A stretch of 64,000 bases of DNA from assembly GCF_013149785.1 (NCBI RefSeq), contig NZ_JABEZU010000005.1:1-64000 (forward strand), read 5' to 3'. The notes below the pieces were generated by a model. It was not told the origin of the DNA. It did no database searches and saw only the letters and a program-made list of their open reading frames with translations. The DNA comes from Isoptericola halotolerans. Lineage in GTDB: Bacteria; Actinomycetota; Actinomycetes; Actinomycetales; Cellulomonadaceae. The stretch's first letter is position 1. Every line of letters begins with the position of its first letter. Below, piece after piece: positions 19,208 to 30,758 of this stretch. Made by a program: the position numbers and the translations under genes.

Positions 19208-19795
19208 ATGGGAAAGGTACACGAGCGCATCGACGACCGGCTGCGAGCCTTCATCGAGGCCCAGCACATGTTCTTCGTCGGCACGGCGCCGCTGGCGGCG
19301 GACGGGCGGGTCAGCGTGAGCCCGAAGGGCATCGGTGGCACGTTCGCGGTGCTCGACGACCACACCGTCGCCTACCTCGACGTGACGGCCTCGGGCGCCG
19401 AGACGATCGCCCACCTGCGCGAGAACGGTCGGGTCACCTTGATGTTCTGCGCCTTCGACGGCCCGCCGAACATCGTGCGGCTGCACGGCCGGGGCCGGGT
19501 GGTGAGCCTGTACGACGACGAGTACACGGACCTCGTGGAGCACTTCACCGAGCGGCGCGGGGCGCGGGCCGTCGTCGTGGTCGACGTCGAGCAGGTCTCC
19601 GACTCCTGCGGCTACGGCGTCCCGCTGTACGACCACGTGGGGGAGCGTGACCTGCTCCCTGCCTTCATGGACCGCAAGGGCGCCGACGGGCAGGCGGCAT
19701 ACCGGCGAGCCAAGAACAGGACCAGCATCGACGGGTTGCCGGCGTTCGACGACGACCCCGTACCGACCGAGGAGGCCACGGTGCCGCAGCCGTGA
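19208..19795 (+). CDS. Pyridoxamine 5'-phosphate oxidase-like FMN-binding protein
   Basis: FFVGTAP..G.VSVSPKG, SGAETIAHLRENGRVTLMFCAFDGPP, DSCGYGVP. Confidence 0.85.
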   Translation: MGKVHERIDDRLRAFIEAQHMFFVGTAPLAADGRVSVSPKGIGGTFAVLDDHTVAYLDVTASGAETIAHLRENGRVTLMFCAFDGPPNIVRLHGRGRVVSLYDDEYTDLVEHFTERRGARAVVVVDVEQVSDSCGYGVPLYDHVGERDLLPAFMDRKGADGQAAYRRAKNRTSIDGLPAFDDDPVPTEEATVPQP

Positions 19796-19822
19796 CCGGC
19801 GTCACGCCTCGGACGCCCCGAT

Positions 19823-19838
19823 GTCCATCATGCGGGAC
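19823..19838. promoter_or_regulatory. Candidate IclR-family (NdgR/LtbR-like) box upstream of ilvB leader
   Basis: Imperfect palindrome GTCCATCATGCGGGAC. Confidence 0.5.
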
Positions 19839-19888
19839 GCTCGGACCACGGCGTGACATCCGGTGCCCGACGGCGTAACGTGCGTCAC

Positions 19889-19933
19889 GTGCAGACGATC
19901 ATTCTCGTAGTACTTCCTGAGCGCGCCGGCTGA
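19889..19933 (+). CDS. ilvB attenuator leader peptide MQTIILVVLPERAG
   Basis: Run of ATC ATT CTC GTA GTA CTT (Ile Ile Leu Val Val Leu), several of them rare codons; TAACGT 7 nt upstream of GTG. Confidence 0.85.
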   Translation: MQTIILVVLPERAG

Positions 19934-20003
19934 GGCCACGCACAGGCTTCGTCAGCGCGCTCACCCCTCGTCAGTCCCACGCACCGGGACCGGGGGGTTT
20001 TTC
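19918..20003 (+). terminator. ilvB attenuator: pause hairpin and terminator
   Basis: TGAGCGCGC (19918-26) pairs with GCGCGCTCA (19955-63); then ACCCCTCG..GTCCC / GGGAC.CGGGGGGT followed by TTTT. Confidence 0.8.
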
Positions 20004-20053
20004 ATTGCACGGATTCCTTGGAACGACCCCGATCGAGCGGCAGGAGAGACCCC

Positions 20054-21877
20054 ATGGGCCAGCCGAACCCGACCCCAGCCCAGGTGGCTGCACGGACCAC
20101 GCCCCGCGGTGTCGACCGCGTGGTCGGCGAGCAGGTCACCGGCGCCGAGTCGATCGTCCGGTCGCTCGAGGCCGTCGGGGTCGAGAACGTCTTCGGCATC
20201 CCGGGCGGTGCGATCCTGCCGACCTACGACCCCCTGATGGACTCGGCCAAGGTGCGCCACATCCTCGTGCGGCACGAGCAGGGCGGTGGGCACGCGGCGT
20301 CCGGCTACGCGCACGCCACCGGCAAGGTCGGCGTGACCATGGCGACGTCCGGACCGGGGGCGACCAACCTCGTCACCCCGATCGCCGACGCCAACATGGA
20401 CTCCATCCCGATGGTCGCGATCACCGGGCAGGTGGCCGCGCCCGCCATCGGCACCGACGCCTTCCAGGAGGCGGACATCGTCGGCATCACCATGCCGGTC
20501 ACCAAGCACTCCTACCTGGTCACCGACCCGGACGAGATCCCGCGCACCATCGCCGAGGCGTTCCACATCGCCTCGACCGGGCGCCCCGGCCCGGTGCTGG
20601 TCGACATCGCGAAGTCGGCGATGCAGGAGCGCACCACGTTCTCCTGGCCGCAGGAGCTGGCGCTGCCCGGCTACCACCCGGTGACCAAGCCGCACGCCAA
20701 GCAGGTGCGTGAAGCGGCCAGGTTGCTCGCCACGGCTCGACGCCCCGTGCTGTACGTCGGCGGCGGCGTCATCCGCTCGGGCGCCTCGGCGGCGCTGCGC
20801 CGGCTGGTGGACCTCTCCGGTGCCGCCGTCGTCACCACGCTCATGGCTCGTGGCTCGGTGCCCGACTCGCACCCCCAGCACCTGGGCATGCCCGGCATGC
20901 ACGGCACCGTGCCGGCCGTGGCCGCCCTGCAGAAGGCCGACCTGGTCGTCGCGCTGGGCGCCCGGTTCGACGACCGTGTCACCGGCAAGCTGTCGAGCTT
21001 CGCCCCGCACGCCGCGATCGTCCACGCCGACATCGACCCGGCCGAGATCGGCAAGAACCGCGCCGTCGACGTCCCGATCGTCGGTGATCTGCGCGAGGTG
21101 ATCGAGGAGCTGGTCCCCGCGCTGCAGACCGAGCAGGACCGTGTCGGCAAGCCCGACGTCGAGGCCTGGTGGCACCAGATCGACACGTGGCGCGAGACGT
21201 ACCCGCTGGGCTTCTCCGCGACGGCCGACGGCCACCTCGCGCCACAGCACGTGATCTCCCGCCTCGGCGAGATCGCCGGACCCGACGCGATCTACGTCGC
21301 CGGCGTCGGCCAGCACCAGATGTGGGCCGCGCAGTTCATCCGGTACGAACGCCCCAACACGTGGATCAACTCCGGCGGACTGGGCACCATGGGCTACTCG
21401 GTGCCTGCGGCGATGGGGGCCAAGGTCGGCGAGCCCGACCGCGACGTGTGGGCGATCGACGGCGACGGCTGCTTCCAGATGACCAACCAGGAGCTCGCCA
21501 CCTGCGCGATCAACGACATCCCGATCAAGGTGGCGCTGATCAACAACAGCTCGTTGGGCATGGTCCGCCAGTGGCAGACGCTGTTCTACAACCAGCGCTA
21601 CTCCAACACCGACCTGCACACCGGCCACGGCACCGTCCGTATCCCCGACTTCGTCAAGCTGGCCGAGGCGTACGGCTGCGTCGGCATCCGCGTGGAGCAC
21701 GAGTCGGAGGTCGACGACGCGATCAAGAGGGCGAACGAGATCGACGACCGTCCCGTGGTGGTCGACTTCAACGTCTCGCGCGACGCGATGGTCTGGCCGA
21801 TGGTCGCCGCGGGCGTGAGCAACGACGACATCCAGTACGCGCGGGGCATCTCTCCCGCCTGGGACCGCGAAGACTGA
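20054..21877 (+). CDS. ilvB: Acetolactate synthase large subunit
   Basis: [43 protein letters not shown] motif DGDGCFQMT. Confidence 0.96.
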   Translation: MGQPNPTPAQVAARTTPRGVDRVVGEQVTGAESIVRSLEAVGVENVFGIPGGAILPTYDPLMDSAKVRHILVRHEQGGGHAASGYAHATGKVGVTMATSGPGATNLVTPIADANMDSIPMVAITGQVAAPAIGTDAFQEADIVGITMPVTKHSYLVTDPDEIPRTIAEAFHIASTGRPGPVLVDIAKSAMQERTTFSWPQELALPGYHPVTKPHAKQVREAARLLATARRPVLYVGGGVIRSGASAALRRLVDLSGAAVVTTLMARGSVPDSHPQHLGMPGMHGTVPAVAALQKADLVVALGARFDDRVTGKLSSFAPHAAIVHADIDPAEIGKNRAVDVPIVGDLREVIEELVPALQTEQDRVGKPDVEAWWHQIDTWRETYPLGFSATADGHLAPQHVISRLGEIAGPDAIYVAGVGQHQMWAAQFIRYERPNTWINSGGLGTMGYSVPAAMGAKVGEPDRDVWAIDGDGCFQMTNQELATCAINDIPIKVALINNSSLGMVRQWQTLFYNQRYSNTDLHTGHGTVRIPDFVKLAEAYGCVGIRVEHESEVDDAIKRANEIDDRPVVVDFNVSRDAMVWPMVAAGVSNDDIQYARGISPAWDRED

Positions 21878-21891
21878 GTGAGGACTGAACC

Positions 21892-23542
<1,651 letters not shown>

Positions 23543-23565
23543 CGCCACCCCTGTCACGAGCGACG

Positions 23566-23605
23566 CGTGCGGCCGCCACCCCGACCCCGGGGCGGCGGCC
23601 GCACG
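23566..23605 (+). terminator. Hairpin downstream of ilvC
   Basis: CGTGCGGCCGCCACCCCG / CGGGGCGGCGGCCGCACG with one mismatch, loop ACCC. Confidence 0.6.
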
Positions 23606-23686
23606 TGCGTGCGCGGGGCCGCGCGCACGTCGTGCAGAGCGCGCGGCAAGCGCGCCGTCGACGCCGTGGCCTGGCAGGATGGCCGC

Positions 23687-24277
23687 ATGACGCACGACGA
23701 CGCGACCACGGGCCACCTCCCACCCACCGGAGGGCAGCCGAGCCACGACCCCGGCAGCGGTCTGCCGCCGCTCGACGACACGGTGCAGGCCGAGCGCATC
23801 ACGCGGTTCTGGGACACGGCACGCCCGAGCGCCGGCAGGACGAGCCACGGGGGAGCGGTCGGCGAGCGCGCGGAGAACGTGGTGCCGCCGCCGGCGTGGG
23901 CCTTCGGCGACTCCCCGGACCTGGCCGACGGCCTGCTGGAGCTGGTCCTGGCGGGTACCAAGACGGCGACGGCGTCCCTCGTCGTCGAGTACGAGGAGTC
24001 GGCGGAGCAGATGCCGCGCAAGGGCGACCTCTCCATCCTGCTCGACGGTGCCGGCGACCCCCGTGCGTTGATCCGGACCACGCAGGTCGACGTCGTGCCG
24101 TTCGACCAGGTCACGGCGGAGCACGCCTGGGCCGAGGGGGAGGACGACCGGACGCTGGAGGCGTGGCGTGAGCAGCACGAGCGGTACTGGCGACGCACGC
24201 TGGCCGGCACGGCGCACGAGTTCGACCCGGCGCTGGAGGTCGTCTGCGAGCAGTTCAAGGTGCTCTACTCGGAATGA
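23687..24277 (+). CDS. ASCH-domain protein
   Basis: WAFGDS..LAD.LL.LVL.GTKTAT, HAWAEGEDD, H..YW. Confidence 0.85.
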   Translation: MTHDDATTGHLPPTGGQPSHDPGSGLPPLDDTVQAERITRFWDTARPSAGRTSHGGAVGERAENVVPPPAWAFGDSPDLADGLLELVLAGTKTATASLVVEYEESAEQMPRKGDLSILLDGAGDPRALIRTTQVDVVPFDQVTAEHAWAEGEDDRTLEAWREQHERYWRRTLAGTAHEFDPALEVVCEQFKVLYSE

Positions 24278-24313
24278 GACGACCGGCACCCGGGCCGGAG
24301 GGAGGGGACGACG

Positions 24314-24712
24314 ATGTCGCTGCGGTGGTACTCGACGGTCGTGGAGTCCACGGATCCCCGCGCGCTGGCAGGCTGGTGGGCCGAGGCGCTCGGCTGGCAG
24401 TTCGCCCACGAGTCCGACGACGAGTGCGTGCTGGTGCCGCCCTGGGCGCGTGAGCTCGTCGAACAGCTCGAGTTCCACCGGGTGCCGCCCGGGATGGTGT
24501 TCGTCCGCGTCGAGCACGAGAAGTCGTCGAAGAACCGGCTGCACTGGGACTTCGCGCCGCACACGACCGACGACCGGGAGGCGGAGATCGACCGGCTCGT
24601 CGCGCTCGGTGCCACGGTGATCGACGTCGGTGCGCCGCCGGAGGCGAGCTGGACGGTCCTGGCCGACCCGGACGGCAACGAGTTCTGCGTGCTGTCCTCG
24701 CGGGAGTACTGA
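24314..24712 (+). CDS. VOC/glyoxalase-like protein
   Basis: LA.WWAEALGW, KNRLHWD, WTVLADPDGNEFC. Confidence 0.85.
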   Translation: MSLRWYSTVVESTDPRALAGWWAEALGWQFAHESDDECVLVPPWARELVEQLEFHRVPPGMVFVRVEHEKSSKNRLHWDFAPHTTDDREAEIDRLVALGATVIDVGAPPEASWTVLADPDGNEFCVLSSREY

Positions 24713-24722
24713 CGCCCGCCTG

Positions 24723-24758
24723 GTTCACATCGTGGGACGAGTGTCCCGCATCCTGGCC
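24723..24758. promoter_or_regulatory. Two adjacent candidate IclR-family boxes upstream of leuB
   Basis: GTTCACATCGTGGGAC (24723-38) and GTCCCGCATCCTGGCC (24743-58), then TAGGAT 6 nt before the ATG. Confidence 0.55.
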
Positions 24759-24779
24759 GCGGATGCGTAGGATCTGTCC

Positions 24780-25823
24780 ATGACGCGCAACATCGACCTG
24801 GCAGTGGTGGCAGGAGACGGCATCGGGACCGAGGTCGTCGAGCAAGGGCTCGCCGTCCTGGACGCGGCTGTCGCCGGATCCGACCTGAAGATCTCCACCA
24901 CGGAGTTCGACCTGGGCGCGCGTCGCTGGCACGCCACCGGCGAGACGCTCACCGACACCGACCTGCAGCGGATCCGTGAGCACGACGCGATCCTGCTCGG
25001 CGCGATCGGTGACCCGTCGGTCCCGTCCGGCGTCCTGGAGCGCGGCCTGCTGCTCAAGCTGCGGTTCGCGCTCGACCACTACGTGAACCTGCGGCCCGGC
25101 AAGCTCTACCAGGGCGTCACCAGCCCGCTCGCCGCCCCGGGCGAGGTGGACTTCGTCGTCGTGCGCGAGGGCACCGAGGGTCCCTACGTCGGCAACGGCG
25201 GATCCGTGCGCACCGGCACGCCCCACGAGATCGCGACCGAGGTGTCGGTCAACACCGCCTTCGGCGTCGAGCGCGTCGTCCGCGACGCCTTCGCCCGGGC
25301 GCAGGCTCGTCCTCGCCAGCACCTGACCCTCGTGCACAAGCACAACGTGCTGGTCCACGCCGGACACCTGTGGCGGCGCACCGTCGAGGCCGTCAACGCC
25401 GACTTCCCCGACGTCACCACCGACTACCTGCACGTGGACGCGGCCACCATCTTCCTGACGACGAACCCGTCGCGGTTCGACGTGATCGTCACCGACAACC
25501 TCTTCGGTGACATCCTCACCGACCAGGCGGCCGCGATCACGGGCGGTATCGGCCTGGCCGCGTCGGCGAACATCAACCCGGACCGCACCGCGCCGTCGAT
25601 GTTCGAGCCGGTGCACGGCTCGGCACCCGACATCGCCGGGCAGGGCAAGGCGGACCCCACTGCCACGGTGCTGTCGGTCTCGTTGCTGCTCGACCACCTC
25701 GGCCTCGCGGACGAGGCGCGCCGGGTGGAGGCGGCCGTGGCGGCCGACCTGGTCGGGCGCGGCGCCACGGTGCGCACGACGGCGGAGGTCGGTCGCGACC
25801 TCGCCGCCCGTGTAGCGGGCTGA
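24780..25823 (+). CDS. leuB: 3-isopropylmalate dehydrogenase (short actinobacterial type)
   Basis: [50 protein letters not shown]. Confidence 0.95.
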   Translation: MTRNIDLAVVAGDGIGTEVVEQGLAVLDAAVAGSDLKISTTEFDLGARRWHATGETLTDTDLQRIREHDAILLGAIGDPSVPSGVLERGLLLKLRFALDHYVNLRPGKLYQGVTSPLAAPGEVDFVVVREGTEGPYVGNGGSVRTGTPHEIATEVSVNTAFGVERVVRDAFARAQARPRQHLTLVHKHNVLVHAGHLWRRTVEAVNADFPDVTTDYLHVDAATIFLTTNPSRFDVIVTDNLFGDILTDQAAAITGGIGLAASANINPDRTAPSMFEPVHGSAPDIAGQGKADPTATVLSVSLLLDHLGLADEARRVEAAVAADLVGRGATVRTTAEVGRDLAARVAG

Positions 25824-25948
25824 GCACGGGCGCGATGCCAGGAGGGGCCGGAGGCCCCATCTCCTCGGATCGGACCGGTGCTCGTGTAGGCCACGGCGGT
25901 GGAGCCGTGGAAGACTGCAAGCGTCCGCACGTGAAAGGGTCCGCAGAG

Positions 25949-27082
25949 ATGACCAGCACCGAAAGTCCCGCCATCCTCCCGGCCGAGCTGGAGGACCTCG
26001 TCGCCCTGTTCGACGTGGAGCCCTCCGACTCGCCGACTCCCGACGCCGAGCGCGAGGCAGCGCTCGCCGAGCCACGGTTCGGCACGGTCTTCACCGACCA
26101 CATGGCACGGGTCACCTGGCACAAGGACTCCGGCTGGCTGAACCGCCGGATCGAGAAGTACGGCCCTCTCCAGCTCGACCCGGCGACCGCCGTCCTGCAC
26201 TACGCGCAGGAGATCTTCGAGGGGATGAAGGCGTACAAGCACGACGACGGCTCGGTGTGGACCTTCCGACCGGACGCGAACGCGGCACGGTTCGCCCGCT
26301 CGGCCCACCGGCTCGCCCTGCCAGCCCTCTCGGTGGACGACTTCATCGGGTCGATCGCAGCCCTCGTGCGCACCGACCTCGCGTGGGTGCCGAGCGGCGT
26401 GGACTCCAGCCTGTACCTGCGGCCCTTCATGTTCGCCTCCGAGGCGTTCCTCGGGGTGCGGCCCGCCGCCGAGGTCGAGTACCTGTGCATCGCCTCGCCC
26501 GTCGGCCCGTACTTCGCCGGCGGCGTCAAGCCGGTGTCCATCTGGGTGGCGGAGGAGTACCACCGGGCCGGCCCGGGCGGGACGGGGGACGCGAAGTGCG
26601 GCGGGAACTACGCCGCCAGCCTCCTGCCGCAGACCCAGGCCCAGGAGAACGGCTGCGACCAGGTGTGCTTCCTCGACGCCGGCACGAACAGCTACCTGGA
26701 AGAGCTCGGCGGCATGAACGTCTTCGTCGTGATGGCCGACGGCAGCGTGCACACCCCTGAGCTCACCGGCTCCATCCTGGAGGGCGTGACCCGCTCGTCG
26801 ATCCTCCAGCTCGCCGCCGACCGCGGACGCGACGTCGTCGAGCGCCGGATCCCGCTGGCCGAGATCGTGGCGGGACTGGCCGACGGCACGGTGCGCGAGG
26901 TCTTCGCCTGCGGCACCGCCGCCGTGGTCACCCCGATCGGCCGGCTGGCGGGCGGGACGTTCGACCACACCGTCGCCGACGGCGAGCCCGGTGAGCTGAC
27001 GATGCAGATCCGTACCGAGCTCACCGACATCCAGTACGGCCGTGCCGACGACCGGCACGGCTGGATGCGTCGCCTGGCCTGA
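25949..27082 (+). CDS. ilvE: Branched-chain amino acid aminotransferase
   Basis: FGTVFTDHM, LHYAQEIFEGMKAY, AKCGGNYAAS, EELGGMN, ILEGVTR, CGTAAVVTP. Confidence 0.95.
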   Translation: MTSTESPAILPAELEDLVALFDVEPSDSPTPDAEREAALAEPRFGTVFTDHMARVTWHKDSGWLNRRIEKYGPLQLDPATAVLHYAQEIFEGMKAYKHDDGSVWTFRPDANAARFARSAHRLALPALSVDDFIGSIAALVRTDLAWVPSGVDSSLYLRPFMFASEAFLGVRPAAEVEYLCIASPVGPYFAGGVKPVSIWVAEEYHRAGPGGTGDAKCGGNYAASLLPQTQAQENGCDQVCFLDAGTNSYLEELGGMNVFVVMADGSVHTPELTGSILEGVTRSSILQLAADRGRDVVERRIPLAEIVAGLADGTVREVFACGTAAVVTPIGRLAGGTFDHTVADGEPGELTMQIRTELTDIQYGRADDRHGWMRRLA

Positions 27083-27099
27083 GGGAGGGCGGTGCGCCC

Positions 27100-28224
27100 G
27101 TGACGACGCAGGTCACGCTCGAGGAGCTGAACAGGACCACGCTGGCCCGGCAGCACCTGCTCGAGCGGGCCGCCGGGTCGGTCGCCGCGGTGGTCGGCGA
27201 CGTCGGCGGCCTGCAGGCGCAGCACCCCGAGATGCCCTTCACCGCGCTGTGGTCACGGCGGTCGGGACCCGTCACCGACCTGAGCTCGGCGCTCACGGAC
27301 CGGTCCGTCGTGCGAGCCACGGTCATGCGCTCGACGCTCCACCTGGTCCCCGCGACGCGCTGGGCCGACCTCGACGTCACGAGTGCCGCCGAGCGGCTGG
27401 CGACCTGGCGTCCCAGCGCGCGGAGGGCGGGCGTGGACCTCGTCGAGCTCAACGCCGCGGTCCGGGAGCACTGCCGGCACGTACCGCGCACCGTCGACGA
27501 GATCGAGGCGTTCGCCGCCACGCGCCACCCCGGTGTCGACGCGTCGGCCGCCGTGCCCGCCGGCGTGCGTCGCGCGTGGTGGCGCCTCGCCTCGGCGGGC
27601 GGCGGCCTCGTGCAGGTGCCACCCACCAGCATGCACGAGAGCCGCGGACCGGCTTCGTACGCCGAGGGGAGCACCTGGTGCGACCTCACCGACGACAGCG
27701 CCGACGTCGACCGGGCCCGGGTGCACGTCGTCGTCGGCTACCTCCGAGCCTTCGGACCCGCCGCCCGCGCGGACATCGCCCACGGCCTCGGCATCCGCCG
27801 GGCGACGCCGCTCAAGGCGGCGCTCGCCGAGATCGGGCCCCGCGTGCTCCGGGGGCCCGGCGGGGTGGAGCTGCTCGACGTGCCCGACGGCGAGGTGGTC
27901 GGCGCGGGCACACCCGCGCCGGTGCGCTTCCTGCCGCGGTGGGAGCACCTGCTGGTCGCGCTGAAGGATCGCGCGCGCCTCCTCGACGACGCCGGCCGTG
28001 CCGCGGTCTACCGCCGCAACGGCGACGTCCTGCCGACCTGGTGGGTCGGCGGTCGGGTCGCCGGCACCTGGTCCGTCGAGAGGGCGGGGGACCGTGCCGA
28101 GCTCGCGCTGAGCACCGCCGACGGCGTCGGACCGGTGCCGCGCGACGAGGTCGAGGCGGAAGGCCGCTCGCTGCTGACGTCCCTGGTCGACGACGCGAGC
28201 GAGCTCACGGTCAGGTGGGGGTGA
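27100..28224 (+). CDS. AlkZ-like (HTH_42) winged-helix DNA glycosylase
   Basis: LNRTTLARQHLL.R, GLQAQ (QxQ), LWSR, MRSTLHLV, YLRAFGPA, VRFLP, G.V.GTW. Confidence 0.8.
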   Translation: MTTQVTLEELNRTTLARQHLLERAAGSVAAVVGDVGGLQAQHPEMPFTALWSRRSGPVTDLSSALTDRSVVRATVMRSTLHLVPATRWADLDVTSAAERLATWRPSARRAGVDLVELNAAVREHCRHVPRTVDEIEAFAATRHPGVDASAAVPAGVRRAWWRLASAGGGLVQVPPTSMHESRGPASYAEGSTWCDLTDDSADVDRARVHVVVGYLRAFGPAARADIAHGLGIRRATPLKAALAEIGPRVLRGPGGVELLDVPDGEVVGAGTPAPVRFLPRWEHLLVALKDRARLLDDAGRAAVYRRNGDVLPTWWVGGRVAGTWSVERAGDRAELALSTADGVGPVPRDEVEAEGRSLLTSLVDDASELTVRWG

Positions 28225-28777
28225 CCGCTCCGCGCAGGGTGCGGCCGAGCACGGCCCCGAGCATCGACGAGACCGCGAGGCCCAGGACGACCCACACGAG
28301 CGCCGTCATGGCGCCCGCGAGCGGGTCCGGGTTCCCGGCGAACGGGAGGACGGCGAGGATCACGGTCGTCAGCCCGACGAGCCACCCGAAGAACATCCGG
28401 GGCCGCGGAGCCACGACGACCAGCAGGTGCAGCACCACGGCCGCCAGCAGGGCGAAGACCGCCCCGGCACCCGCCCACGAGGCGTCGTCACCGGCGCCGA
28501 TCGCGTCCGGCGGCGCGTACAGGCCGATGTCGAACACCTCGACGAAGATCACCGACGCCGCGAACCCGATCAGTGCGCACACCAGCACCGTCGCCGCTGC
28601 ACCGGCCCAGTAGCGTCCTGCGTCGAGCCGGGGTCGTGCTGGTCCGGCAGGCTCGGCGGGCTCCCACGAAGCCTGGCCGGGAGGCGGGAAGACGCCGGGA
28701 GGCTGCTCGCCCGGGTGCACCGGTTCCTGACGCCGCGTCGGGTCCTGCGCACCGTAGGGTCGCTGGGGATCGCTCAC
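28211..28777 (-). CDS. Membrane protein of unknown function
   Basis: Pro-rich N-terminus then four hydrophobic helices; PRPRMFFGW motif; RBS GAGGAG. Confidence 0.7.
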   Translation of the reverse strand: MSDPQRPYGAQDPTRRQEPVHPGEQPPGVFPPPGQASWEPAEPAGPARPRLDAGRYWAGAAATVLVCALIGFAASVIFVEVFDIGLYAPPDAIGAGDDASWAGAGAVFALLAAVVLHLLVVVAPRPRMFFGWLVGLTTVILAVLPFAGNPDPLAGAMTALVWVVLGLAVSSMLGAVLGRTLRGAVTPT

Positions 28778-28923
28778 CGTCGTCCTCCTCGTGTCGTCGA
28801 CACCCCTAGCCGACCACATCCGCGGCCGTCTCACCTGCCAACACCCCGGTCCGGCGCGGATCGACGGGTCCAGGAGGCGGACGGCCGGTGACCTCAGGGG
28901 GCGGCTGTGGCACTATGTGAGGC

Positions 28924-28974
28924 ATGACTCGCGTCCGGCAGGCTCACCACCTCTGCTCCTGCCGCATTAGTTAG
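28924..28974 (+). CDS. Putative cimA leader peptide MTRVRQAHHLCSCRIS
   Basis: ATG 7 nt after CACTAT; single rare Ile codon ATT just before the end; directly followed by hairpin and terminator. Confidence 0.7.
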   Translation: MTRVRQAHHLCSCRIS

Positions 28975-29032
28975 CGCGTCCGGTTCACCTGACCGGACGC
29001 GCAGACCTTCCGTACCCGGGAGGTCTTTTTTG
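28974..29032 (+). terminator. cimA attenuator hairpins
   Basis: GCGCGTCCGGT / ACCGGACGCGC stem (28974-29002), then AGACCTTCCG / CGGGAGGTCT with a T run (29003-29032). Confidence 0.85.
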
Positions 29033-29077
29033 TTGTCCAGATCTGTTGCCCGCATCGAACCCCCACGGGAGCCACCG

Positions 29078-30733
29078 ATGGCCGCCGCCCCGTTCCACGT
29101 GTACGACACCACCCTGCGCGACGGTGCGCAGCAGGAGGGGATGAACCTCTCCGTCGCGGACAAGCTGGCGATCGCGCCGCTGCTCGACGAGCTCGGGGTG
29201 GGCTTCATCGAGGGCGGCTGGCCGGGCGCGATCCCGAAGGACACCGAGTTCTTCCGCCGGGCCGCCAAGGAGATCGAGCTCCGGCACGCCGTCCTCGCGG
29301 CGTTCGGTTCGACCCGCAAGGCCTCGACCCGGGCGTGGGACGACCCGCAGGTCCGGGCGCTCGTGGACTCCGAGGCGCCGGTGGTCACCCTGGTCGCCAA
29401 GTCGGACGTCCGTCACGTCGAGCGAGCCCTGCGCACCACGCCGGACGAGGGCCTCGCGATGATCCGCGACACGGTGGAGTTCCTCGTCGGCGAGGGGCGC
29501 CGGGTGGTGGTGGACGCGGAGCACTTCTTCGACGGCTACCGGTTCGACCCGAGGTTCACGACGGCGGCCGTCCGGACGGCGTTCGAGGCCGGGGCCGAGG
29601 TGGTCGCGCTGTGCGACACGAACGGCGGCATGCTGCCGAACTGGGTCGGCGACATCGTCACCGAGCTGCGGGAGTCGCTGGGGATGGCGCACGGCCGGGA
29701 CGCCCTGCCGGGCGAGAGCCTGCTCGGGATCCACGCGCACAACGACTCCGGCTGCGCGATCGCGAACACGCTCGCCGCCGTCGACGCGGGGTGCGCGCAC
29801 GTCCAGGGCACCGTCAACGGGTACGGCGAGCGCACGGGCAACGTGGACCTGGTGGCGGTGGTGGCGAACCTGGCGCTCAAGAGCGGGGTCTCCACGCTGC
29901 CGGGTGACGGCCTGGCCGAGTCCACACGGATCGCGCACGCCGTCGCGGAGATCACCAACATCGCCCCGTACGCGCGCCAGCCCTACGTCGGTGCCAGCGC
30001 CTTCGCCCACAAGGCGGGGCTGCACGCCAGCGCGATCAAGATCGACCCGGACCTCTACCAGCACATCGACCCGACGGCTGTCGGCAACGACATGCGCATG
30101 CTCGTGTCCGACATGGCGGGGAGGGCCTCGATCGAGCTCAAGGGTCGCGAGCTCGGCTTCGACCTGGCCGGCCAGGCAGACCTGTTGACCCGTGTCACGA
30201 ACCGGGTCAAGGAGGCCGAGGCGCAGGGCTACACGTTCGACGCCGCCGACGCCTCGTTCGAGCTGATCCTGCGCGAAGAGCTCACCGGCGACCGGCCGCA
30301 CTACTTCCGGATCGAGTCCTGGCGCGCGATCGTGGAGACCTCCGGCGGTCGCAGGGGCGGGGAGCCGAACGCCGACCGCCGGGACGCCGAGGCGCTGGCC
30401 GAGGCCACCGTCAAGCTGCACGCCGGCGGCGAGCGCATCGTGGTCACGGGCGAGGGCAACGGGCCGGTCAACGCGCTCGACCAGGCGTTGCGGCACGCGC
30501 TGACCCGGGTGTACCCGCAGATCGACAGGTTCGACCTCGTTGACTTCAAGGTGCGCATCCTGGACGCCGAGCACGGTACCGACGCCACCACACGCGTCCT
30601 GGTGGAGACCACCGACGGCCACCGCACGTGGTCCACCGTCGGCGTCGGTCCCAACATCATCGAGGCGGCCTGGGAGGCGCTGATCGACGCTCATGTCTTC
30701 GGCCTGGTGCACGCCGGCGTCGAACCTCGCTGA
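29078..30733 (+). CDS. cimA: Citramalate synthase
   Basis: YDTTLRDGAQQEG, IEGGWPG, DAEHFFDG, LCDTNGG, IHAHND, GYGERTGN, AFAHKAGLH, GNGPVNALD. Confidence 0.92.
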   Translation: MAAAPFHVYDTTLRDGAQQEGMNLSVADKLAIAPLLDELGVGFIEGGWPGAIPKDTEFFRRAAKEIELRHAVLAAFGSTRKASTRAWDDPQVRALVDSEAPVVTLVAKSDVRHVERALRTTPDEGLAMIRDTVEFLVGEGRRVVVDAEHFFDGYRFDPRFTTAAVRTAFEAGAEVVALCDTNGGMLPNWVGDIVTELRESLGMAHGRDALPGESLLGIHAHNDSGCAIANTLAAVDAGCAHVQGTVNGYGERTGNVDLVAVVANLALKSGVSTLPGDGLAESTRIAHAVAEITNIAPYARQPYVGASAFAHKAGLHASAIKIDPDLYQHIDPTAVGNDMRMLVSDMAGRASIELKGRELGFDLAGQADLLTRVTNRVKEAEAQGYTFDAADASFELILREELTGDRPHYFRIESWRAIVETSGGRRGGEPNADRRDAEALAEATVKLHAGGERIVVTGEGNGPVNALDQALRHALTRVYPQIDRFDLVDFKVRILDAEHGTDATTRVLVETTDGHRTWSTVGVGPNIIEAAWEALIDAHVFGLVHAGVEPR

Positions 30734-30758
30734 GCGAGGGCCGGGCCCGCCGCGCCGG

